DNA of 64,000 nucleotides from positions 32,001 to 96,000 of the IMG/VR virus record IMGVR_UViG_3300021255_000062. The stretch is one strand, 5' to 3'. Each line of letters begins with the position of its first letter. Position 1 is the stretch's first letter. The stretch comes from a virus. Its lineage: Duplodnaviria; Caudoviricetes. This document shows, in pieces, positions 1-7,728 of the stretch. The notes beneath the pieces are model-generated. The model saw only the letters and a list, made by a program, of their open reading frames with translations. It made no database searches and was not told the DNA's origin. Position numbers and translations under genes: made by a program.

Positions 1-320
1 TTTACTATAAATTCATACCATTTATTATCATAATGTAATTTTACCTTTCGTTCATTAGTTAAAAGAGACACAAAAGGATTTATAATCTCATCGTTTCCAA
101 TATATGGGTCAAAATATTTATATTTTAAAGAAAAAGTTAATGTTCTTTCTCCATTAGCCTTCTTATTAAAAACTGGATCATATACCCTATTTAATCCAGT
201 CATTTCATTTGAACCAATAACTGCTAATTTATTTTCTATAAACTTATATTCATTTCCGTTTTGAATGAGTCTATCTTCCCAAACGGAAATCTCGTATGGT
301 TTTATTAACTTTTCACTCAT
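1..320 (-). CDS. tail-associated (Tal/baseplate hub-like) protein, N-terminal part; continues beyond the window
   Basis: ATG at 320 after a GGAGGAAGGA SD; reads MSEKLIKPYEISVWEDRL...NGERTLTFSLKYKYFDPY; follows the Dit-like gene. Confidence 0.6.
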   Translation of the reverse strand, partial: MSEKLIKPYEISVWEDRLIQNGNEYKFIENKLAVIGSNEMTGLNRVYDPVFNKKANGERTLTFSLKYKYFDPYIGNDEIINPFVSLLTNERKVKLHYDNKWYEFIV

Positions 321-329
321 TCCTTCCTC

Positions 330-1352
330 CTAGAAATAAAGATAATCATAAAAAATTTCTATTCCTTCGATGCCGCCATTAATTTGTAAAGTAGCTCCAT
401 CATTTTTGCTATTTGGTTCTAAATGGAAAAAATAACCAGAATCAACGTATTTATTATAAAGATTCTTAGAGGTTTTATAAGAAGCATTACCGTCAGAATC
501 AATGTCAAATTCTTTTACTCCTACTACTAAGGCATTAGTAGTATCAATTAAAAAACCTATATCGTCCCCTTCTAAGGCAAAAGAATTTATTACTAACGAT
601 GCAGTATTACCATTTTCAAAACTATCTTTTTTATAAAATAGGGATAACTGCTCACTTGGCGCGCCAGGTATATATAAACGAAAACCGGTTTCTAAATCTC
701 CGCCATTGTAAATATTAATTATTCCGGTTTCAGAATCATACTTATCAATATTTTGATACTCACTAGCTGTCAAAATTCCACTAGAAGCAACCCACTCGCT
801 TTCTTCCTCTTCTATAGGTACACTTTTATAGACAGATTTGGCAAAAGGAAAATAACAAATAAAAGTTATAGTTCCTTCCCCTTTATAAATCCGCTCTTTT
901 TCATTGAGAACTTTATATGGAGTTACTTGCTCCCAAGAAACTTCGTTTCCTTCTCTAATGCGCCTAACGCCATCTCGAGCAGCATCTACTACTTTTTTAA
1001 ATGCATCAAAACAAACAAAAGAAAGTTCAACTGGACTTTCGATTTTTGCTATATATTTTTTATACGGCCACTCATCAAAAATAAGCTCACCGACTTTTTT
1101 TAAATTAAAAGTTTGCCTTAACTCTCTAAATTGATTTTCTTTAAGAGAATCAAAAGCTATTTTAACATTAATAGTTTTTGGTTTATAGTTAGAACCAAAA
1201 TAATAACCCCCGTCCAGCCCAGGTATTTCAACCGTTCTATCTTCTGTTTCTGGGTGTAACTCCATTTCATATCTATCGCCATCAGAAACCCTAATAATTC
1301 CTAATTCAGAGCTATGCTTATTACCAAATTTAAATCCAGTAAAATCTCCCAT
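330..1352 (-). CDS. distal tail (Dit-like) protein
   Basis: N-terminal FKFGNKHSSELGI...TVEIPGLDGGYY is typical of siphophage Dit proteins. Confidence 0.75.
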   Translation of the reverse strand: MGDFTGFKFGNKHSSELGIIRVSDGDRYEMELHPETEDRTVEIPGLDGGYYFGSNYKPKTINVKIAFDSLKENQFRELRQTFNLKKVGELIFDEWPYKKYIAKIESPVELSFVCFDAFKKVVDAARDGVRRIREGNEVSWEQVTPYKVLNEKERIYKGEGTITFICYFPFAKSVYKSVPIEEEESEWVASSGILTASEYQNIDKYDSETGIINIYNGGDLETGFRLYIPGAPSEQLSLFYKKDSFENGNTASLVINSFALEGDDIGFLIDTTNALVVGVKEFDIDSDGNASYKTSKNLYNKYVDSGYFFHLEPNSKNDGATLQINGGIEGIEIFYDYLYF

Positions 1353-1381
1353 CTCCTTTTCACTCCTAGTTAATCACTAAT

Positions 1382-1825
1382 CTATTTCTGAGCATGATCT
1401 AAAAAGTCATGCGTTGTTAAACATTGCTTATATACATCTCGAATAGTTGAAATTGCCAGTTCTGCCCTATTGTTTTCATAGTCCTTATGTTCTCTACAAT
1501 ATTTTTCATATAAATCTATATCTTCCAAAATCTCATCGAAATGCTCTTTAGAGTGGCGTTGTTTAAAAAGTATCTCGTCACAGAAGCGTAGAACGCGTTG
1601 CCTAGCACCTCGCACATTTTCTAATTCTTGTTGTTCTTTAAAACTATCCAATTCATTAGCTAAGTCGTCAACCTTCTTTAAAACTTCGCCATTAATTGTT
1701 CTACCAATTATTTTTCCTAACCATCCCCAAAGGTTAATTTGTAACGGGGGAATTTTTATTAAACCAATAAAAACCACCAGCAGGCTAGTAACTCCTGCTT
1801 GAATCATACCATTTATTTCTGTCAT
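1382..1825 (-). CDS. membrane protein, holin-like or lysis-associated phage family
   Basis: N-terminal hydrophobic segment followed by KIPPLQINLWGWLG; GGAGGG SD favours the ATG at 1825. Confidence 0.5.
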   Translation of the reverse strand: MTEINGMIQAGVTSLLVVFIGLIKIPPLQINLWGWLGKIIGRTINGEVLKKVDDLANELDSFKEQQELENVRGARQRVLRFCDEILFKQRHSKEHFDEILEDIDLYEKYCREHKDYENNRAELAISTIRDVYKQCLTTHDFLDHAQK

Positions 1826-1855
1826 AAGCCCTCCCTTTCCTATAGAACATCCTTT

Positions 1856-1905
1856 CTTCTGTATTAAGTAAAGTTTACCCATCAAAACTCTACTTTTTTA
1901 AAAGG
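1856..1905. promoter_or_regulatory. divergent pair of candidate late-promoter motifs (AAAC-N0-2-TACTT)
   Basis: minus strand AAACTTTACTTAATACAGA and plus strand AAACTCTACTT, each just upstream of an SD. Confidence 0.45.
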
Positions 1906-1917
1906 AGGTATGTACTG

Positions 1918-2322
1918 ATGAGTAAAGGAGAAGAAAAGATTGCAGCCTTATTAAGAAAAGGGAAGTATAAGTTTGAAAGAGAGAAGAGATTTAGTGATTT
2001 AAAACATGGAACTTATCGTTTTGACTTCTACGTATACGGCGGCCGCGCCAAACCTTGTTCGATAGAGTTACAAGGACAGCAGCACTACCAATATATATCA
2101 AAATTCTATCAATCTCGCGCCGACTTCAAAAAAGCACAAGAAAGAGATAGACAAAAAATAAGTTATTGCCTCGCCCACAATATACCCATATATATAATCC
2201 CCTATTGGGAACTAGATGGAATAAAATCTGCCGCAGACTTATTTCAGACTAAATTTTTAGCCTACTCTCGTTGGAAAAACGATAAAGATTGGCAACGATA
2301 TAAAAATTTGACTTTTAGGTAA
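1918..2322 (+). CDS. PD-(D/E)XK-like (DUF559/Vsr-like) endonuclease
   Basis: SKGE start, YRFDFY, IELQGQQHY, and D-x-x-K motifs. Confidence 0.7.
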   Translation: MSKGEEKIAALLRKGKYKFEREKRFSDLKHGTYRFDFYVYGGRAKPCSIELQGQQHYQYISKFYQSRADFKKAQERDRQKISYCLAHNIPIYIIPYWELDGIKSAADLFQTKFLAYSRWKNDKDWQRYKNLTFR

Positions 2323-2337
2323 AAAATTTGCTATAAT
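2308..2337 (+). promoter_or_regulatory. sigmaA-type promoter
   Basis: TTGACT-N18-TATAAT with extended TG. Confidence 0.65.
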
Positions 2338-2369
2338 AAAAGAGAAGAAAGAGAATTGAGGTAATTGAT

Positions 2370-3386
2370 ATGGATATGAATGTTATATTAATTGTATTAA
2401 TTATCCTTCTTTCTATAATATTAATAATATGTATTAAAAATATTAAAAAACAAAATCAAATAATTAATAGAATTAGAAGTGTTAAAAATGAAGAATTAAA
2501 AGATATATTTAAAGAAAGTTGGGATAATGAAGAAAAAAAGTTTAGTTTAAAAAAGGCAGATTTATTAATCCAAGAAGAAGAAATTGAGAATAAAATCGCC
2601 CAATTAAACACTATTTTCAGCGAAAAGGAAAATCAATATAAGGCAATCAATCAAGATTTAGATTTCTATCGAGAAGGTAAAATTGAAGAAATTGATAGGG
2701 CGGCCGCAGAGTACAAGAAGCGAAAGTTGTTACTTACGGACACAGAGCTTATTGATTATACTAAAAGCAAAACTAAAGAAATTAACAATTATTTAGATAC
2801 CTTAGAAGAAAAACAAAAAAAGAAAGAGTGGGAAATAAAACAAATACAGGAAGAATTAGAGGTTGAACGTAGTAAGCGCGCCGCTATAAATGAAGAGATA
2901 AGGAAGTCTGAGGAAAAAGAAAAATATAACGAAATTCACTCTGTTCAATTAACAGATAATGAAAAAGAAGATATTCACTTTCTTTTATCTTTAGAAGATA
3001 GGTTGCATAATAAGCAGCCGCTTTACAAATTGATTTGGTCCACATACTTACAACAAGCATATAAAAATACGTTTAATAATATATTAGGAAATCGAAGTCC
3101 CAAAAATGTGATTTACTGTATTGAAAATATTAATACTGGTAAAAAATATATAGGTAAAACCTCAGCAGAGGTTTCAAAAAGATGGACAGAACACATTAAA
3201 ACATCTTTAAATATAGGAACAATTAAAACCACTAATATACATAAAGCATTATATAACCATTGGGATGAATTTATCTTTTATATTTTAACTGAAACTGAAA
3301 AAGATAAATTATCTGAAATGGAAAAGTATTATATAAATTTTTATGAAAGTGACAAATATGGTTATAATATCAAAGCGGGCGGTTGA
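2370..3386 (+). CDS. membrane-anchored coiled-coil protein with C-terminal GIY-YIG nuclease
   Basis: N-terminal TM helix, long E/K-rich coil, then VIYCIEN...YIGKT...KRW...E...GYN. Confidence 0.75.
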   Translation: MDMNVILIVLIILLSIILIICIKNIKKQNQIINRIRSVKNEELKDIFKESWDNEEKKFSLKKADLLIQEEEIENKIAQLNTIFSEKENQYKAINQDLDFYREGKIEEIDRAAAEYKKRKLLLTDTELIDYTKSKTKEINNYLDTLEEKQKKKEWEIKQIQEELEVERSKRAAINEEIRKSEEKEKYNEIHSVQLTDNEKEDIHFLLSLEDRLHNKQPLYKLIWSTYLQQAYKNTFNNILGNRSPKNVIYCIENINTGKKYIGKTSAEVSKRWTEHIKTSLNIGTIKTTNIHKALYNHWDEFIFYILTETEKDKLSEMEKYYINFYESDKYGYNIKAGG

Positions 3387-3463
3387 TAACTCCGCGGCAG
3401 AAGCCGGGTATAAAAAATAAAAATAAACTTACGACAGTAAGGCCCGACAGGGTAAGGAGGATT

Positions 3464-4543
3464 ATGGAATTAACAAATATTCAAAAACGAATTATTGAAA
3501 CAGAAGAACCTAAGGTGGTTGTACTTAGTAGCGCGGCAAGTGGTAAAAGTAGAGTAATAGTTGAACGTATTCGTTATTTACTTGAAAAAGGGGTTGACCC
3601 TTCAAAAATTGTAGCAATTACCTTTACAAATAACGCAGCCTCGGTAATGTATGAACGTTTAGGTTCTCCAAACGGACTCTTCATCGGTACTGTACATTCA
3701 TACGCTAACTATTTACTTCGTGGCAGCGCCATTGATACAACTGATATTATAAAACAAGAAAGATTTGATGATTTATTTGAGGAAATTAAACATAATACAA
3801 ATTGTTTAAAAGAAGTGGAATATTTACTGCTCGATGAGGCACAAGATAGTACCAAAGTGCAATTTGAATTCTTTGAACTTATTAATCCGAAAAACTTTAT
3901 GTATGTGGGAGATGTAAAACAGACGATTTTTACGTTTAACGGTTCTGACCCAGACTATTTAATTAGACTATGGAATCAACCAGACGTAACCGTTTATAGA
4001 ATGTCGCAAAATTTTAGGAATCTTCCCGATATATTACACTTTGCAAAGAAGTTTCTATATAGACTCGGACCAGATTACAACGATGATTCTATTGCTATGC
4101 GGCGTCCGAATGGTGGGGATATAGTTCATGTATTAGAAGGCAGTTATACACCAACTGAAGCAGTTGAGTCGCTTATTCATACAAATAACCGCTTAGGCGC
4201 CAGGTGGGGAGACTGGTTCGTACTTTGTAGAACAAATAAAGATATAGAACTTTTCCAATTTTTATTTAATAAAAAGGATATACCAACAGATACATTTAAA
4301 CAATCAGATCTAACTAATTCACAGATTGAAAAGAAACTAAAAGAGAATACTGTTAAGGTGCTTACTGCACATAGCGCAAAAGGCATGGAAGCGCCGTGTG
4401 TGTTATCATATAATATACGAGCTTACAATGATGATGAAGCGCGCCTGTGCTATGTAGCAGCCACTCGTGCGAAAGACTTTCTAATCTGGGCAAAAATGCC
4501 ACCTAAAAGAAAGAGAAAAAGTAAAATTATAAATTGGGAATAA
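3464..4543 (+). CDS. UvrD/PcrA-like SF1 helicase (compact)
   Basis: AASGKS, ITFTN, DEAQD, VGDVKQTIF, HSAKGME and YVAATRA motifs; AAGGAGG SD supports the ATG at 3464. Confidence 0.9.
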   Translation: MELTNIQKRIIETEEPKVVVLSSAASGKSRVIVERIRYLLEKGVDPSKIVAITFTNNAASVMYERLGSPNGLFIGTVHSYANYLLRGSAIDTTDIIKQERFDDLFEEIKHNTNCLKEVEYLLLDEAQDSTKVQFEFFELINPKNFMYVGDVKQTIFTFNGSDPDYLIRLWNQPDVTVYRMSQNFRNLPDILHFAKKFLYRLGPDYNDDSIAMRRPNGGDIVHVLEGSYTPTEAVESLIHTNNRLGARWGDWFVLCRTNKDIELFQFLFNKKDIPTDTFKQSDLTNSQIEKKLKENTVKVLTAHSAKGMEAPCVLSYNIRAYNDDEARLCYVAATRAKDFLIWAKMPPKRKRKSKIINWE

Positions 4544-4544
4544 G

Positions 4545-4566
4545 TAAAACCTACTTGTAAATAGAA
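4545..4566 (+). promoter_or_regulatory. candidate late-promoter motif
   Basis: AAAACCTACTTGTAAATAGA upstream of the 4589 ORF. Confidence 0.4.
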
Positions 4567-4588
4567 TGAATTTACAGGAGGTATTTAT

Positions 4589-4867
4589 ATGGATATTAGT
4601 AGGCAAAGTGAAGATAGGATTAAGGATTTTCTGTGGATGCAAGAAGAAGTAGGACCAGGAGCATTAGCGACGAAAATTGCTATGAATCTGAAAAATCCAT
4701 ACTTATTTAAGGAGTTTATGAGTGGCGAAGGCGTAGACCCCAATCGAACAATATATTATGCATACGCCGCTGGATTAATTAGTAGAGCTGAAGCAGATTA
4801 TCTAAAAAATCCGCTTGGATTTGACGATAATGGAAATGATGATGAAAATGGCGGAGGAGTGCTATAA
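4589..4867 (+). CDS. hypothetical protein with acidic tail
   Basis: ORF with AGGAGG SD. Confidence 0.7.
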   Translation: MDISRQSEDRIKDFLWMQEEVGPGALATKIAMNLKNPYLFKEFMSGEGVDPNRTIYYAYAAGLISRAEADYLKNPLGFDDNGNDDENGGGVL

Positions 4868-4868
4868 T

Positions 4869-4898
4869 AAAAGACGGGTTTTAAACCCGTCTTTTTTT
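4869..4898. terminator. bidirectional intrinsic terminator
   Basis: AAAAGACGGGTTT-T-AAACCCGTCTTTTTTT between convergent genes. Confidence 0.85.
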
Positions 4899-4942
4899 AA
4901 TTAATAGACTACTAAATATCATGATTCATCACTGTTAAAACC

Positions 4943-5374
4943 TCAATCTGCATACTCCCAAGTAATTGTCATTGTTCCCTCACCAATAATAGTGGCAGAT
5001 ATAGTGTTGGCATCCCAACTAACACTTCCAGTAGCTACAACACCACTTGGAATACAATATCCACTATCTACATAACATACCATGTTGTCAAGCTTGCAAT
5101 ATCCATCGACAACTACTGCATATAATGTATCGTCAAACGCAGCTCCATCAGCTGTTTTGTAATCTGTATTATTAAGAGTTACATGTAAATCACCATAGGC
5201 ATTTTGAAAGACAGAACCATCGGGGACTATATGAGTAACAGGGATGGCAACAACAGAGATATCAGAACCTCCACTGCTACCACCACTCATTTGATCTAAC
5301 ATACTACCTAAAACGGCTTTATTAGTATTATGTGGTGTCTTTACCACGTAATCAATTATATCTTGTTTTGTCAT
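4943..5374 (-). CDS. TPHNTN-motif family protein 4
   Basis: MTKQDIIDYVVKTPHNTNKAVLGSMLDQ, Gly/Ser linker, beta-rich domain. Confidence 0.8.
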   Translation of the reverse strand: MTKQDIIDYVVKTPHNTNKAVLGSMLDQMSGGSSGGSDISVVAIPVTHIVPDGSVFQNAYGDLHVTLNNTDYKTADGAAFDDTLYAVVVDGYCKLDNMVCYVDSGYCIPSGVVATGSVSWDANTISATIIGEGTMTITWEYAD

Positions 5375-5407
5375 TAAATTACCTCCAATAAATTATATAG
5401 TTTCTCT

Positions 5408-5830
5408 TTATCTTGAGTCTGAGAATGTGATTTCACAATCTCCACAAATAACTACTATGTCATATTCTCCTTCATGGATAACTTCTGCATTTCCACTTTC
5501 AACAGTGGTATTGACTTCACTTGTTAACAAACCCGAATACAGTATTGACTTGCCTTTATACAATGGGACCTTAGCACTATATGGAGATGTAGCATCAAAT
5601 GGAATGTATGGATTTATAATTTCTTCATACGACTCATAATCATAAATGTTAGGCACATTGATTCCTCTATCAAAAACAGATTGACTGGATGTATCTGTCA
5701 ATGTCACATTTGCAATTGCGAAATCACTATCTTCGCCACCTGCTAACTGATCTAACATTTCATTTAAAATCGCCTTATTTGTATTATGTGGCGTTGTCGT
5801 TACATAATTAATTATATCTTGTTTTGTCAT
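5408..5830 (-). CDS. TPHNTN-motif family protein 3
   Basis: MTKQDIINYVTTTPHNTNKAILNEMLDQ, linker, variable domain. Confidence 0.8.
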   Translation of the reverse strand: MTKQDIINYVTTTPHNTNKAILNEMLDQLAGGEDSDFAIANVTLTDTSSQSVFDRGINVPNIYDYESYEEIINPYIPFDATSPYSAKVPLYKGKSILYSGLLTSEVNTTVESGNAEVIHEGEYDIVVICGDCEITFSDSR

Positions 5831-5847
5831 TAATTATATCCTCCATA

Positions 5848-6303
5848 TTAATTGTCATAGGAATGAAATATGCTGTCGCTATAAACCCAAACAAATTCAC
5901 TAGAACCATCATGAGCTTCCCAAAGATAACCATTATTTTTTTGTGAAAAGCTACCAAAATCCATCGGTTTCGCGCCATTACCATCGGCAGAATAAAATTC
6001 TATATCTTGTCCCTCATGCTCAAAAACCCAATTACTAATATCTTGTTCTGTTTTTAATGACGTTCTAGTTGTGTCAAAACCATTTTCATAACCACTTAAA
6101 AAATAAATTTTGTGGGGTAATTCAAACTTGTCACTACTCTCACCAATTATTTTTAATACATTCCAATTCGTATTTTTAGGCGTCTCTTTTAAATATGCCC
6201 TAATCTCCTCTGTTAGCTCAACTTCATTTTCTTCAAAAATTTGAGGTAAGATATTCCAGTTAAGATTAGGAAGACTTCTATTTATATATTCTTTTAAATT
6301 CAT
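5848..6303 (-). CDS. TPHNTN-motif family protein 2 (duplicated motif)
   Basis: YINRSLPNLNWNIL and YLKETPKNTNWNVL. Confidence 0.75.
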   Translation of the reverse strand: MNLKEYINRSLPNLNWNILPQIFEENEVELTEEIRAYLKETPKNTNWNVLKIIGESSDKFELPHKIYFLSGYENGFDTTRTSLKTEQDISNWVFEHEGQDIEFYSADGNGAKPMDFGSFSQKNNGYLWEAHDGSSEFVWVYSDSIFHSYDN

Positions 6304-6305
6304 CT

Positions 6306-6776
6306 TTATTTCTCCACATGTGCCTCAGGTATAATTGTTATTCTAACTGAATATGTTCCTTCTTCTTTAGTATATAGAGCATCTTCCGTATTACCCCCTT
6401 CGTGACAGCTTATACCACAAGGATAATCAGAATTTGAAAAGTCTGGATGGCCGCTATTAAATTTCTCATCTGGGCCATAAAATGCTACACCAACACCCGA
6501 TGATGAAGCCAATGGTAAAATATAATCTTTTCCATCAAAAGTTATATGAACTTTTGGAATAAATGGTGATATCAATACAGCACTAGGAATTGAAGCGCTG
6601 TAAGCCACTCCACTCATTGAAGAATAAGTTTGTTTAGTTGTTAATTCACCTTCATAAATTAAAATTGTTCCATCTGAAGACCCTGAACCAGCATCTCCTA
6701 ACATAGTTTTAACCACATTAACATTAGTATTATGTGGTGTTTCTCTTAAATATTGTAATATATCTTTATTTGCCAT
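6306..6776 (-). CDS. TPHNTN-motif family protein 1
   Basis: MANKDILQYLRETPHNTNVNVVKTMLGD followed by a GSGSS linker. Confidence 0.8.
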   Translation of the reverse strand: MANKDILQYLRETPHNTNVNVVKTMLGDAGSGSSDGTILIYEGELTTKQTYSSMSGVAYSASIPSAVLISPFIPKVHITFDGKDYILPLASSSGVGVAFYGPDEKFNSGHPDFSNSDYPCGISCHEGGNTEDALYTKEEGTYSVRITIIPEAHVEK

Positions 6777-6811
6777 TTTAATTTCCTCCTAAAATCATTT
6801 TTACATAATCC

Positions 6812-6835
6812 TTCTTATATAAGTAGTTTTCCCGC
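6812..6835 (-). promoter_or_regulatory. candidate late-promoter motif for the TPHNTN operon
   Basis: AAAACTACTTATATAAGA upstream of the SD; no TTGACA/TATAAT pair seen on this strand. Confidence 0.45.
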
Positions 6836-6890
6836 AAATACTCTACGTACATCGCGGCCGAGTCATAAAATTATCGAACAAATTGTAAAT

Positions 6891-6919
6891 TTGCAATTTT
6901 CTTAAAAATTTGATATAAT
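6891..6919 (+). promoter_or_regulatory. sigmaA-type promoter
   Basis: TTGCAA-N17-TATAAT with extended TG. Confidence 0.75.
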
Positions 6920-6947
6920 TATAACAAAATAGAAAAGGAGAAAACCT

Positions 6948-7133
6948 ATGATACCAATAGCAACAGGGGATAAAATTAAAATTATACGAATGATAGGAGA
7001 ACCGCAATATTCTGAAAAAGAGGGAATAGTAACTAACATTGATTCAATGGACCGAATCCGTGGAACTTGGGGTGAATATGCGTTAATTCCAGGAATAGAT
7101 CAATTTGTAGTAATAGAAAAGAGGGAGGAATAG
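6948..7133 (+). CDS. small SH3-like protein (DUF4314-like)
   Basis: GDKIKIIRM...EGIVTNID...WGEYALIPGID. Confidence 0.55.
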   Translation: MIPIATGDKIKIIRMIGEPQYSEKEGIVTNIDSMDRIRGTWGEYALIPGIDQFVVIEKREE

Positions 7134-7136
7134 ATA

Positions 7137-7340
7137 ATGACGGTACGGCCAAAATTCACATGGTCAGATGAGGTTGATGATTATATATATGATAGTGTCG
7201 ATATAAAATGCTCTGTTGAAGAAATTTTAATAATTAACAAAGCATTGTCTATAATTGCTAATTATAATGGGGCAAACCCATATGATAGAACGAAAGCTAG
7301 AGAATTAATGGAAGTAATAAAAAAAGGAGTGAGTGAATAA
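7137..7340 (+). CDS. hypothetical protein
   Basis: ORF with SD, within operon. Confidence 0.6.
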   Translation: MTVRPKFTWSDEVDDYIYDSVDIKCSVEEILIINKALSIIANYNGANPYDRTKARELMEVIKKGVSE

Positions 7341-7536
7341 AATGCTTAGAGATAGAGTTTCAAAAATTGAATTTCACATTACTTATAATCAATTAGAAGA
7401 TTTCATACTGCGGGCCGCAGAATTAATAAAAGACAACTATGAAATAGAGCAAATTGACGTAAACTCTATGAGTATTGGCTGTCTTACAGAGCCAGAACCA
7501 CCTTATCACATCACTTTTATAAAACGGAGTAAATAA
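7333..7536 (+). CDS. hypothetical protein
   Basis: ORF with SD, translationally coupled. Confidence 0.6.
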   Translation: MNKMLRDRVSKIEFHITYNQLEDFILRAAELIKDNYEIEQIDVNSMSIGCLTEPEPPYHITFIKRSK

Positions 7537-7728
7537 ATGATTACAATTACAATAGATAACTATAAAGGGAAAAAATATACTTGTACAATGCCAGATACCG
7601 CAACAATAGAAATAACATCAGAAAATGTTTTTCTAACAAATGGTGAGTTACTTAAAACTGGTCTTACTATTGACGCAAATTGCGCGGCTGGCATTAGATT
7701 AAAAAAAGAGGATATAATAAATGACTAA
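7537..7728 (+). CDS. hypothetical protein
   Basis: ORF within operon. Confidence 0.6.
   Translation: MITITIDNYKGKKYTCTMPDTATIEITSENVFLTNGELLKTGLTIDANCAAGIRLKKEDIIND

Noticed and set aside
4943-6776. Diversity-generating retroelement
   Set aside because: No reverse transcriptase in the window, and no TR/VR pair differing only at adenines. The similarity is N-terminal, not C-terminal.
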